Positions 11,111 through 22,486 of a stretch of 33,903 nt of DNA are shown here, piece by piece. The position numbers and the translations under genes are program-made. The notes under the pieces were generated by a model. The model saw only the letters and a list, made by a program, of their open reading frames with translations. It was not told the DNA's origin and did not search any database. Numbering within the stretch: position 1 is the stretch's first letter; each line of letters begins with the position of its first letter. The stretch comes from Octopus bimaculoides (taxonomy: Eukaryota), in the NCBI RefSeq assembly GCF_001194135.2, contig NC_068982.1, forward strand, positions 100,826,592 to 100,860,494. Direction: 5' to 3'.

Positions 11111-11551
11111 GATTCAAGATTGAATATGGTACTTATGCATAGGTACCAGAATATCGTATGGTATGGTATTATACAAAAACCATTCCAAAAGGATAGGTGG
11201 TCAAAAATTCAAAATAAGCAACACGGATTTCAAAGATGATTGCAGTACGCACGTTTCATGCTACTCCATTTATTTAAGTAATGCGAGCATTACATTAAAT
11301 GCAATATGAAGAGCAATCTTCAGCTGCACGAAAATGCAGAAAATTACAGTAGAATAGACATATTATAATTGTGGCAACATTTCAAATCCAAGTAGCAGAA
11401 AGAATACATATATATATATGACAGGCTTCTTTCAGTTTCTGTTCACGAAATCCACTCAAAGGCTTTAGTTGGCCCGAAGGTGCCACGCAGTGGAACTGAA
11501 CCCAGAACCATGTAGTTGGGAAGAAATCTTCTTTACCACACAGCCACTCCA
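10963..11551 (-). mobile_element. SINE family A split at its internal microsatellite by an insert of about 295 bp (11111-11404)
   Basis: Minus-strand head at 11418-11551 and minus-strand tail at 10963-11070. (TA)n lies on both sides of the intervening non-SINE segment. Confidence 0.72.
11241..11328 (-). ncRNA. Type I hammerhead ribozyme motif HHR3 (U10.1-U11.1 variant, extended stem II)
   Basis: Minus strand reads: TGCAG (11328-11324), CTGAAGA (11323-11317), then a long hairpin (TGCT/AGCA, CTTCAT/ATGGAG, ATTTAA/TTAAAT, GTAATG-ctcg-CATTAC), GAAA (11257-11254), stem III ACGTGCGT, triplet GUA, CTGCA (11245-11241). Confidence 0.6.
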
Positions 11552-13597
11552 GAGCTTATGTCTAAAAAAATAATAATTGTGATGGTCATCTCAAGATTGT
11601 CATATCTTTGATCATAGATTATTTTACGAGTCCTACCGAGGGCTAAACAACAACAACACCAACAAATAAAGAAAATAGAAGAATAACCCAAAACAAAACC
11701 AATATAAATAAAAATCACCCCCACGCTTCTACTACACCCTACATCACTCCATATTACTGCTCCACCACCACTTACAACATACCAAGCCACATATCACTCC
11801 TCGCCATCACATCACCCTATTTTACAGCTTCTTCCACCTTCCTACTATACTCCCTCTGCAATCCTGTTGCAACTTTTCTTATCATTCCACAAGCCCTTCT
11901 AATACATACCACCCTCACTAAAAAGTGAATGCATGTTTATTTAAATTTAAATACTTCAGAAATTATAACTTCTTGTATTACCCCAAAAAATGCTTGTACA
12001 GATGTAAGAGTATGCGAAAAACCAGATAAGAGTCTGGTACCCTGGTACCCTGTTACCCTCATTTTCTCTTTCTTTCTTTTTTCCTCTTTTTTTTTTTCTT
12101 TTGGTGTACTCCATCCGGATTTCATTTGAGTTTGTCTCGATTTGTTATATATATATATTCATATTTTGTTGTTACTTGTTGAGGATGATGTTGTTGATGA
12201 TGATGAAGATGATGATGTATAAGGATGATGATGATAACGATGATGTGCAAGGATGATGATGATGCTGATATCAGTAACAATGATGATGACGATGTTAATG
12301 ATGAAGATGATGGTGGTAACAAGAGTGTAATGATGATTATGACGATTGATTATACAGATAATGGTGATGGTGATGCCATGATATTTAAAAATGGATTCAA
12401 GTAGGAAATACTAGGCACCGATATATTCTCAAAAATTTCACTGCTTGACACCTTGGGCAAGTGCCTTCTTCTACAGTTACTGACCTCCCACCTGTGTCAA
12501 GAGTGATGTGTTACTCATATGTAATGTTTCTGGCATAGTTTCAACAGTAAGATGCCCTTCTTAACATAGATGTATGTGTACAATGGCTATACACATTAAT
12601 GAGAGAATTGCCTATAACCCAGTACGTCAAACAAAAATGCATTGTGTTATTGAATTTTAAATGAATGGTACAGACATCATTTGTCTCTCTCACCAACTGA
12701 AAAGTAGTAAACCAGTAATGGGGGTCTTTGGAAATTCTTAAGTCAATGATATATATTGTTCAGAAAATGGTTGACATAAAATATAGATACGTACACACAT
12801 GTATACACACATTCATGCACACACACAGTTCAGGTACACGTTTTAAAGAGAAAAGCTAGTACAAAGACTACAGACCCATTGAAAAAAGCCAAAACAAAGC
12901 CATGAAAACCGATAACAAATAGTTTTAAAAGTTTTAGAACTTTCTGTATGGTTTAGTGAAATGGATGATGGTGATGATGATGATGATGGTCAAGATTGTA
13001 AGGAATTAGGAAAGGAGAACGAAAAGATGCAGGCGATATTAAAGAAAATCACTAATGTAATGTTGCTGATGATGATGGTTAAGGAAAAGAAGAGAGAGGA
13101 TGAAGGCAGAGGTTAGGATGGATGGAAGAGTATTATTATTTACAGTCCTACCTAATAAATTGGATTCACAAACACCACCACCACCACCACCACCACTATT
13201 ATTAACACCACGGCTCCCTATCTTCAACACACTCACTTCTACCACTACCATCAATAACAACCTCCCCCAACAGTGCACTTTGCCATTTTTTTTTTTACTC
13301 TTTCTCGCTTGAGGCATGCTAATCTGCTTCATTGAGACATATTAAACATCATCTTAGCATCCAGCTTCCTTGAAGCAATGACAAAGAAAAACAAAAACAA
13401 ACAACAACAAAAACAACACTCATATACAGAAAAAAAAACCCAACTAAATTAAAAACGTGTAAAACAGACGAAAATAGAAAACATTTCTAAACTCAAAATA
13501 CGAAACTAAATAATTAAATAAATAGCTATATACATCGCCTTATTATCTCATCGCGTTACTTTTATTGTTGTTGTTTACATTATTGTTATTATCGTGG

Positions 13598-13629
<32 letters not shown>

Positions 13630-14399
13630 GCTGCTGTCTATTCATATTATTAGATTTAAAGGGATTAAAAGAAGACATTAACATGCTTATTTACTGTTGG
13701 TACCGTATTGCTGATTGATTCCTATTGGCTTGTCTGCTCATTTTTGGCAATGTTATATTTTTTCCCATTTCTTTTTTATTGTTATTAGCCACAACAATTA
13801 GTAAACAGAAAGCTGTGTAAACTGATTTAAGATAAGATACCCAAGCGAAAATCCCAACTACCTCCGTACCAACTTGTTCCCCCTATATCACCAGGAAAGA
13901 ATCAGTAGAAGGCGGGGGAAGGGTTGTTAACTTTTATTTATTTATTTATTTAGTACATCTTCAATTTCATCTTCGTCTTCTATTTAATTCTTCGTCTTCT
14001 TTCACTGTATTTATTATTCTGTTCTACCTTCATTTTCTTTATTTATTTCACCTTTTCCCTTCGTGAAGTCTTCTAGTTCCTTCTCTTTTTGCCTTATTAT
14101 CATTGGCACTTTTCTACCTTTTCCTCTTCTTCATTTTTCTTCTCTCTTCTTCTTCTTCTTCTTCTTCTTCTTCTCTGTCTTCGTTGTCGTCATCTTCATC
14201 ATGATCACAATCATTTACTTCTTCAATTTGATTTACTTGTACATCTTTTCATATATTTTTTTCTACTGGCCTCTCCATCATCTCCCGATCCCTTCCTTAC
14301 CAACATTTTCTGTAATCACTGCATGTTTAGTTCTTGTATTAGTCATTACTTATAGCCGTAAGCATGGCTATGTGTGATGAGCGTGCGTGTATGCGCGTG

Positions 14400-14552
14400 C
14401 ATGTGTGTGGTTAATAAGTTTGCATTGCAAGTATGTAATCCTGGGTTCAATCCAGTCATGCGGAACATTGGACAAGAGTCTTTTTTTATAGCCTCAGGTT
14501 GACTAATGTTTTGTGAGTGGAATTTTGGACGGAAACTGTGCGGAAGTCCGTT
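14400..14552 (+). mobile_element. Old diverged SINE A-like head
   Basis: CTGGGTTCAATCC...TTGGACAAG...TTGTGAGTGG...GGAAACTG is recognisable but heavily mutated. Confidence 0.55.
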
Positions 14553-14968
14553 GAACAAGATGGAGTTTAATTACCCCTGTAGTATTGATTAAGCTCCAGA
14601 GGAAGGCAACAGCAGCCTGTAATTTGTCAATTAAGATTTCAGGATGCTCTGCAATGCCACCAGATGTCAAAATTTGACTTGTGGCACCTATTTTCTGTTG
14701 TTGTCATTATTTATGGCAACGAGGGCGAAGGATTAGTATGTGGTGTGTGTGTGTATGTGCATGTCATTATGTTGCTTCCTCAGTAGAAATGTTACATCAA
14801 ATTCCAAGAAAGGTTTCATATCCAAACTACCAGAATGACCTTGCTAATCCCTGTTCCACTATCATGCTTCCTTCAACCACTAGAGAAACGGTCAAAGACA
14901 TGAAATAGCATCTAGTTCCAAGATAATATACCATAATATATTGTGTTTTAGTTACAAAGCAAACATAT

Positions 14969-15366
14969 AGGCACAGGAGTGGCTGTGTGGTAAAAAGCTT
15001 GCTTCCCACCCACATGGTTCCGGGTTCAGTCCCACAGCATGGCACATTGGGCAAGTGTCTTCTACTGTAGCCTAGGGCTGACCAAAGCCTTGTTAGTGGA
15101 TTTGGTAGATGGAAACTGAAAGAAACTCATCATATATATATATATAAGTATGTATGTATGTATTTGTGTGTCTGTGTTTGTCCCCTCATCATTTGCTTGA
15201 CAACTGATGTTGGTGTGTTTACATCCCTGTAACCTAGCGGTTTGGCAAAAAAAAACTGATAGAATAAGTACTAAGCTTACAAAGAATAAGTCCTGGGGTC
15301 AATTTCTTTGACTAAAGGCAATGCTCCAGCATGGCTGCAGTCAAATAACTGAAACAAATAAAAGAA
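14969..15366 (+). mobile_element. SINE family A, full-length
   Basis: Matches 1767-2124 end to end. Confidence 0.85.
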
Positions 15367-15627
15367 TGTGTGTGTGTCTTTGTGTCTGAGTTTGTCCCCC
15401 ACCACTGGTGTTGGTGTTTTTCAATTTAAAAAAGTACTGGGGTCGATTTATAAGGCCAGTTTTTCAGGATTCTGTGGTTTATAAATTGATCCCCTGGACA
15501 GGACGCCAGTCACTTGCAGCATTACTCGTTTTTACCAGCTAAGTGGACTGAAGCTATGTGAAATGAAGTGTCTTGCTCAAGAACACAACACATCACCCAG
15601 TCCAGGTGTCAAAACTACAATCGTATG

Positions 15628-16126
15628 CACAAGGCTATATATTTTGTGAGGAGAGAGCAGCTGATTATCTACCCCAGTACTTGACTGGTACTATTTTATT
15701 GACTCTGAAAGCATGAAAGAAAGAGTTGATCTTGATGTGATTTGAACTCAGAATGTAAAAAGCCAGAACAAGAGATTCTTGTCTGATGTGCGACAGAGTT
15801 TGCCTAACTACGGCCTTTCAATAGTAGTAGTAGTAGTAGTAGTAGTAATAATAATAACAATAATAATCTTTTCTACAGTAGGTACAAGGCCCAACATATT
15901 TGGGGAGGTGTGGCCAATAAAATTAGATCAATCCCAGTACACAACAAGTACTTAATTTATCAACCTTGAAAGGATGAAAGGCAAAGTCGACCTCGGCAGA
16001 ATTTGAACTCAGAACATAAAGACAGATGAAATACTGGTAAGCATTTCGCCCGGCATGCTAACATTTCTGCCATCTCGCCACCTTAGTAATAATAATAATA
16101 ATGATAATAATAAAAATAATAATAAC

Positions 16127-16173
<47 letters not shown>

Positions 16174-16775
16174 TAATCCTTTCTACTAACAGCACAAAGC
16201 CTGAAATTTTGGAGGAGAGGACTAGTTGATTAAGTTGACCCCAGTGTTTCTCTAGTACTTAATTCATTGACCCCCACCAAGAACATGAAAGGCAAAGTCG
16301 ACCTCAGTAGAATTTGAACTCAGAACGTAGCGGCAGGTAAAATACCACTAAGCATTTCACCTGGCATGCTAACGATTCTGCCAGCTCACCAACTTCTTCA
16401 GTAATAATAATGACACTCCTTTCTACTAAAGGCACAAGGCTTGAAGTTTGGGGGAAGGGGATGAGTTGATTCCATGGAAGGGTAAAAGGCAAAGTTGACC
16501 TTGGTGGAATTTGAACTGAGAACGTAGCGACGGGTGAAATATTGTGAAACATTTTACCCAGTATGCTAACGATTCTGTCAGCTCGTCACCTTAGTAATAA
16601 TAATAATGATGATAATGATGATGATAATTTTTCACATAAGCTCAAGGCTACAAATTTAAGGGGAAAGAGGTTAGTTGATTAAATCAGTCTCAGTAATTAA
16701 CTGTTATTTTATTTTAGCACCCCCAGAAAATTAAAATGCAGAACTGACTTTTGTGGGATTTGAACTCAGAAAAAA
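15628..16775 (-). mobile_element. Head-to-tail array of five SINE C copies separated by (AAT)n/(AGT)n tracts
   Basis: Approximate copies at 15628-15815, 15866-16083, 16176-16392, 16413-16592 and 16629-16775. Each contains a TTTGAACT(C/G)AGAA B-box complement. Confidence 0.82.
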
Positions 16776-16886
16776 CAAGCTAGTAATATTTGTTCTGATG
16801 CTTGACCAAATCTATCCAATTCATCTCTTTCCAATGACAACAATGAATTTTTAATAAAATTGAAGGATTGTGTAGTGATTATAATT

Positions 16887-17271
16887 GTGTGTTGGCACTC
16901 CGTCGCCTACGACGTCGAGGGTTCCAGTTGATCCAATCAACGGAACAGCCTGCTCATGAAATTAACGTGCAAGTGGCTGAGCACTCCACAGACACGTGTA
17001 CCCTTAACGTAGTTCTCGGGGATATTCAGCGTGACACAGTGTGACAAGGCTGACCCTTTGAATTACAGGTACAACAGAAACAGGAAGTAAGAGTGAGAGA
17101 AAGTTGTGGTGGAAGAGTACAGCAGGGTTCGCCACCATCCCCTGCTGGAGCCTCGTGAAGCTTTAGGTGTTTTTGCTCAATAAACACTCACAACGCCCGG
17201 TCTGGGAATCGAAACTGCGATCCTATGACCGCGTGTCCGCTGCCCTAACCACTGGGCCATTGCGCCTCCAC
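16887..17271 (-). mobile_element. tRNA-derived SINE family B, young full-length copy with 13-bp TSD
   Basis: TSD AGTGATTATAATT at 16874-16886 and 17272-17284. Head GTGGAGGCGCAATGGCCCAGTGG with B-box-like GGTTTCGATTCCC. Confidence 0.92.
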
Positions 17272-18930
17272 AGTGATTATAATTAACCATAAAGGTAAGA
17301 TATGTTTATTAAATGCCATTTCATATCATTTAAATCTGATGAGTAAGGTAATGAATGCTACAACAACACCATACCCCCTTTTTCCATAAAAAATACAGGG
17401 AGGGCTTTGTGCCTGGTGGCAATAAACCAGTAAGAAGGGAGTTGTATGAAAGTAATAAAGATAGGGAGAAGTGATAACAACAATGTAATAAGTTTTTTTT
17501 ATATCTTTCCTGGATTTATATGTATGGGTGTGTGAGGTAGTGATGAGGGGGTTATGGAAAGATAAAGAGGGGGGGAGCTGGTTGTGTTATCATTTAATCC
17601 TTTATGGCATGTCTAAAAAAATGAGATAATACATAAACAGATCTCTTCATCCTGTTAGCTTCTCCAAGTATACCATCATCATCATTATTATTATTATTAT
17701 TATTACTATTGCAGTTGTTGTTGTTAGTATTCTTGTTGATGTTGTTGCTGATGTTGTCAAACATGTTTTGGGAGTTGTTGTAGTTGGTTGTTGTTGATGT
17801 TGTTGTTGCTGTAACTTGTTTGGACTTTTGAAAACAAATGAAAGATAGCCTACAAGAGCTAGACTAATCTGCCAAAAAAAAAAAAAGAAAAAAAAAAGAA
17901 AAGAACCCTCCAAAAAACATGAAGAAGCCACGTTCAAAACTGATTCTTTCATTTACCATTTTCTAAATCCTCTCTCTTATAAACACATACCACACATACT
18001 TCAATCCAATGCATAACATCATACCACACTGCACCCTCACTACACAACACCCTGCATTATATACCTTCACCCCCCCCCCCCNNNNNNNNNNNNNNNNNNN
18101 NNNNNNNNNNNNNNNNNNNNNNNNNNNNNNNNNNNNNNNNNNNNNNNNNNNNNNNNNNNNNNNNNNNNNNNNNNNNNNNNNNNNNNNNNNNNNNNNNNNN
18201 NNNNNNNNNNNNNNNNNNNNNNNNNNNNNNNNNNNNNNNNNNNNNNNNNNNNNNNNNNNNNNNNNNNNNNNNNNNNNNNNNNNNNNNNNNNNNNNNNNNN
18301 NNNNNNNNNNNNNNNNNNNNNNNNNNNNNNNNNNNNNNNNNNNNNNNNNNNNNNNNNNNNNNNNNNNNNNNNNNNNNNNNNNNNNNNNNNNNNNNNNNNN
18401 NNNNNNNNNNNNNNNNNNNNNNNNNNNNNNNNNNNNNNNNNNNNNNNNNNNNNNNNNNNNNNNNNNNNNNNNNNNNNNNNNNNNNNNNNNNNNNNNNNNN
18501 NNNNNNNNNNNNNNNNNNNNNNNNNNNNNNNNNNNNNNNNNNNNNNNNNNNNNNNNNNNNNNNNNNNNNNNNNNNNNNNNNNNNNNNNNNNNNNNNNNNN
18601 NNNNNNNNNNNNNNNNNNNNNNNNNNNNNNNNNNNNNNNNNNNNNNNNNNNNNNNNNNNNNNNNNNNNNNNNNNNNNNNNNNNNNNNNNNNNNNNNNNNN
18701 NNNNNNNNNNNNNNNNNNNNNNNNNNNNNNNATATATTGTGGTTTTTGTCATTTTAGTTATGAAATAAACAAATTAATCAACGGAATACACTGTCTGCAA
18801 GTTGATGGATAACTGCATATTCTCCTCCATTTTCTTATTCTTTTATGTATATATATATACATAAAAGAGGTGAGGACGGAAATCCTATGAAAGGTCCTTT
18901 TATATTTTTGTTGGTCGTAATTATTCATAC

Positions 18931-19034
18931 CAATATGTAATTCCTGACGAAGAATCTAATTTTTATTTCAAGAGTTTTCTGTTTTTATCTTTGGAATTAA
19001 TTAGACTCCGAAACAATTTGTAGAATTTATATTG
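18931..19034 (+). ncRNA. Type I hammerhead ribozyme motif HHR2 (stem II carries two A-C mismatches)
   Basis: CAATATGTAATTC (18931-18943), CTGACGA (18944-18950), AGAATCTAAT (18951-18960) pairing 8/10 with ATTAGACTCC (19000-19009), GAAA (19010-19013), CAATTTG, triplet GUA, GAATTTATATTG (19023-19034). Stem I is 5 bp + bulge + 7 bp. Confidence 0.68.
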
Positions 19035-19091
19035 GATCTCTACCAACCTGGAAATGACTGAAGCAAGTAAAGAAATAAAAGAATATACATG

Positions 19092-19263
19092 TCATCATCA
19101 TCATCATCATCATCATCATTATCATTTAACGTCTGTTTTCCATGCTGGCATGGGTTGGACGGTGTGACAGGAGCTGGTAAGCAAGAAGACTACTCCAAGA
19201 TTCACTGACTGTTTTGGAATGATTTTTATGGTTGGATGCCCTTCTTAATGCCAACCACCTTAC

Positions 19264-19265
<2 letters not shown>
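19092..19265 (-). mobile_element. Family D retroposon 3' end
   Basis: (CAT)n...TTTAACGTCTGTTTTCCATGCTGGCATGGGTTGGACGG...GGATGCCCTTCTTAATGCCAACCAC. Confidence 0.75.
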
Positions 19266-19344
<79 letters not shown>

Positions 19345-19384
19345 CATACACACACTCACGTGTGTGTGTGTGTGTGTGTGTGTA

Positions 19385-19554
19385 GACATAGCTTTGTGAT
19401 TTGAAATCCAATTCACTTCCTGAACCACATGGTTTCAAGTTCACGGTTTGAAGTGTCTGGCATCTTGAACAAGTGCCTTCTACTTTGGTGCAGGGCCAAC
19501 CTACATCGTGTGAGTGGATTTGGTTGAGAGAAACAAGAGGAAGCCTATTTTGTA

Positions 19555-19555
<1 letters not shown>
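19385..19555 (+). mobile_element. Old diverged SINE A-like head
   Basis: AACCACATGGTTTCAAGTTC...CAAGTGCCTTCTAC...GTGAGTGGATTTGG. Confidence 0.55.
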
Positions 19556-19585
<30 letters not shown>

Positions 19586-19603
19586 ACATGCTTTGAATAT
19601 GTA

Positions 19604-19664
<61 letters not shown>

Positions 19665-20641
19665 TATATATATGTATATATCAAATAACAGGCACACACA
19701 CACATACACACACCTGTGTGTAAACATCGTAGGTTTGGGTTGATAAAGAAAAATATTGAAATCATTATCAACATTTGAATTTTTACTAAATATATAGCCA
19801 TCACAGAGTGGATTTATAATTTTATCATTTTTGCCCATAGTTTTTCACTTTTATTTTATTTTTTTTTCAATCATGCTGATTCTTTCTTAGTCTTGGAATT
19901 TTATTGAATTTCAAACTGTTAATAGGATAACTACCTATCATGCAACAAGTAAGTGTAGTTAGGCACAAAAACTGTATTGGTCATATGCCAGACAAGATTT
20001 TTTCCCCCCAAAGAATACTAACAAAAAGAGGAGCGCATTTTTCATGCTTCTGTTGAAATGAGCATCATGCTTTTATATTTTCTAAAGATTCTTTACTTAT
20101 TGTGATTTAGTTAGTCCCCATTGTTATAGAGTTGATGTATAGCTAATCAATGTGTACCAAGTTTAGATGTAGTTATTTATTTATAAAACTTCGACTGATA
20201 TTCTATACTCAGGAGAGAGTACTATAGCAACATTTACAATACAGCTACTAACTACCACAATCACCGCCACTACCACCAACACCATCACCATCACCATCAC
20301 CAGGAGCAGCAATAACAACAACTACATCGCTACCACAACTAGTTTTTTACATTTACAGAAACATGAGACTGCACAGTGTGTTAGTAAACTTCCAACTGAT
20401 ACTGCGTCTGATATTGGCCATAGCTGATATTGGCCATAGCTGATGCTTGAGTTGTTGGACACAACCTAGGTGATGAGAGGAGATGAGATAAGAGAATCAC
20501 AGTCGTTTGAAGGGAGGTGTCGCAAGATTATATATAGTATGGAAAACAAATGTAAGATGACAATTATGGTGATGATGATGCGACACACACACACATACAC
20601 ATACACACCATTGTATTTGGACATGTGTATATCATGCTTGC

Positions 20642-21028
20642 GTGGAGGCGCAATGGCCCAGTGGTTAGGGTAGCGGACTCGTGGTCATAGGATCGCGGTT
20701 TCGATTCCCAGACCGGGCGTTGTGAGTGTTTAATGAGCGAAAACACCTAAAGCTCCATGAGGCCCCAGCAGGGGATGGTGGCGAACCCTGCTGTACTCTT
20801 TCACCACAACTTTCTCTCACTCTTACTTCATGTTTCTGTTGTGCCTGTAATTCAAAGGGCCAGCCTTGTCACACTGTGTCACGCTGAATATCCCCGAGAA
20901 CTATATTAAGGGTACATATGTCTGTGGAGTGCTTAGCCACTTGCACGTTAATTTAACGAGCAGTCTGTTCCGTTGATCGGATCAACTGGAACCCTTGACG
21001 TCGTAAGCGACAGAGTGCCAACAAAAAC
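20642..21028 (+). mobile_element. SINE family B, young full-length copy with 13-bp TSD
   Basis: TSD ATATCATGCTTGC at 20629-20641 and 21029-21041. Near-exact reverse complement of 16887-17271. Confidence 0.92.
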
Positions 21029-21836
21029 ATATCATGCTTGCAACATGAAGCAGAATTTTGCAGAAGTCAAATAAAGTTGAAACATGTCCATTATATTTAC
21101 CAGTTGGCTTCAGAAGCAGCATTCATCCCTATCTGGATTATCTGTCTGTTTGAAAATTTTTGATTGGCTAATTTTATTAGAGTTATTTTTAGATTTTTAA
21201 ATACTTATAGGAAGTTTTTCTCTGCTAATTGCATGGATAATCTCAATAAATTTAAGTTTTCTTTTTTTTTTTCAGTTCACTAAATAATATATGTAAGGCT
21301 CTAACCATATGTGTATTTTAATATAGAAGAACACATCTCTTGAAACTTTTCATCTCCAGCCTTATTAATAGGGGCACTTGTGACTTATCTGTTGACGTTG
21401 ATAAAAATGATGATGATGATGATGATGTTGTTGTTGTTGGTGGTGGTGGTGGTGAGAATGTCAATGATGATGAGGATGATTGAAGAGGAAAAGGATGTTC
21501 CCTCAAGAAGTCAGATAAGGAACACATTAAGGGAATGCAATATGGAAATAAAAGGGAACAGATGTCAGCAGGGCCATTGGTGGTGGTAATGGTGTGATAG
21601 TAGTGACTGCAGTGGTGATGGTGATGATGATGACGACGATGACGACAACGATGATGATGATGGTGATGATGATGATGGTGATATTGACAGCAGTTGTGGT
21701 GATGACATTGGTGTTGGTGAAGGTGAGTGGTGCTAGTCTTGGTGATGGTTGCTGTGATTGTGGTTGCGGAGGGACGATGGATGTTATTGGCAAAGGAGAG
21801 GAAAAATTTGGAGTCTTAATAGGAAATAAACAGCAT

Positions 21837-21879
<43 letters not shown>

Positions 21880-22060
21880 GAATGACAATGACAGCAGTAA
21901 CAGTACGTGGTGGTGGCAGTAATGATGATGATGATGGAAACGGTGGTGGTACATGGGGTGGCAGATGTGGAGGCAAGCTGACTGAGCGAAATTGCAAACC
22001 GATGTCAATAGACAGAATTTGGTTGATTATCCGAAACACAGACAAATATTAAAACTACTG

Positions 22061-22114
<54 letters not shown>

Positions 22115-22369
22115 TCACTGCTGCAACTGCCACCACCATCACTGCCACCCACACCACCACTACTGCCGCTACCACTATTACTACTATAACAATTTCTGAA
22201 CTGAACGAAGGGCTTTCCACATGGTTGCTTGGCCTGCAGAAATGACAGTGAGATCTTTAAATAATCATATAAGTGGAAAGAACAGATCTGTGTGTGTCTG
22301 TCTAATTACTCAGCTGGCTACATTCATGTCACAGGACTAAGCTAACCAGAGGCTTGACATCAACAATAG

Positions 22370-22405
<36 letters not shown>

Positions 22406-22424
22406 TACTATCAACAACATCAGT

Positions 22425-22461
<37 letters not shown>

Positions 22462-22486
22462 CATATCATTAATATCAACATGCATG

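Noticed and set aside
13039-13332. 97-aa minus ORF MKQISMPQARK... with hydrophobic patches
   Set aside because: No recognisable family, it contains (GGT)n and (CAT)n slippage tracts, and its phase is incompatible with the FREM-like exon.
15628-16775. CRISPR-like or regularly spaced repeat array
   Set aside because: Eukaryotic context; the units are about 200-bp SINEs separated by microsatellites, not repeat-spacer arrays.
17336-17400. CTGATGA hammerhead-like core (also at about 28513 and CTGAGGA in family D)
   Set aside because: No correctly placed stem II plus GAAA plus stem I complement.
17600-17870. Minus-strand N/T-rich frame ending ...ILGEANRMKRS after several AG acceptors
   Set aside because: Openness is explained by the degenerate (AAC)n/(AAT)n composition. 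There is no good donor and no homology I can recognise.
20408-20444. 16-bp direct duplication CTGATATTGGCCATAG (also 14-bp at about 7476-7503)
   Set aside because: Ordinary local slippage duplications with no further structure.
20642-20720. tRNA-like cloverleaf heads (SINE A, B, C)
   Set aside because: These are SINE promoters continuing into SINE bodies with TSDs, not tRNA genes.
21276-21292. 17-nt plus-strand micro-exon candidate (poly-T CAG ... GTAAGG)
   Set aside because: Opposite strand to the host gene, with no partner exons; likely chance next to a T-run.
21318-21527. Minus ORF ending KRCVLLY (CaaX-like)
   Set aside because: The body is (CAT)/(CAC) low-complexity sequence, the motif is not terminal CaaX, and there is no splice support.
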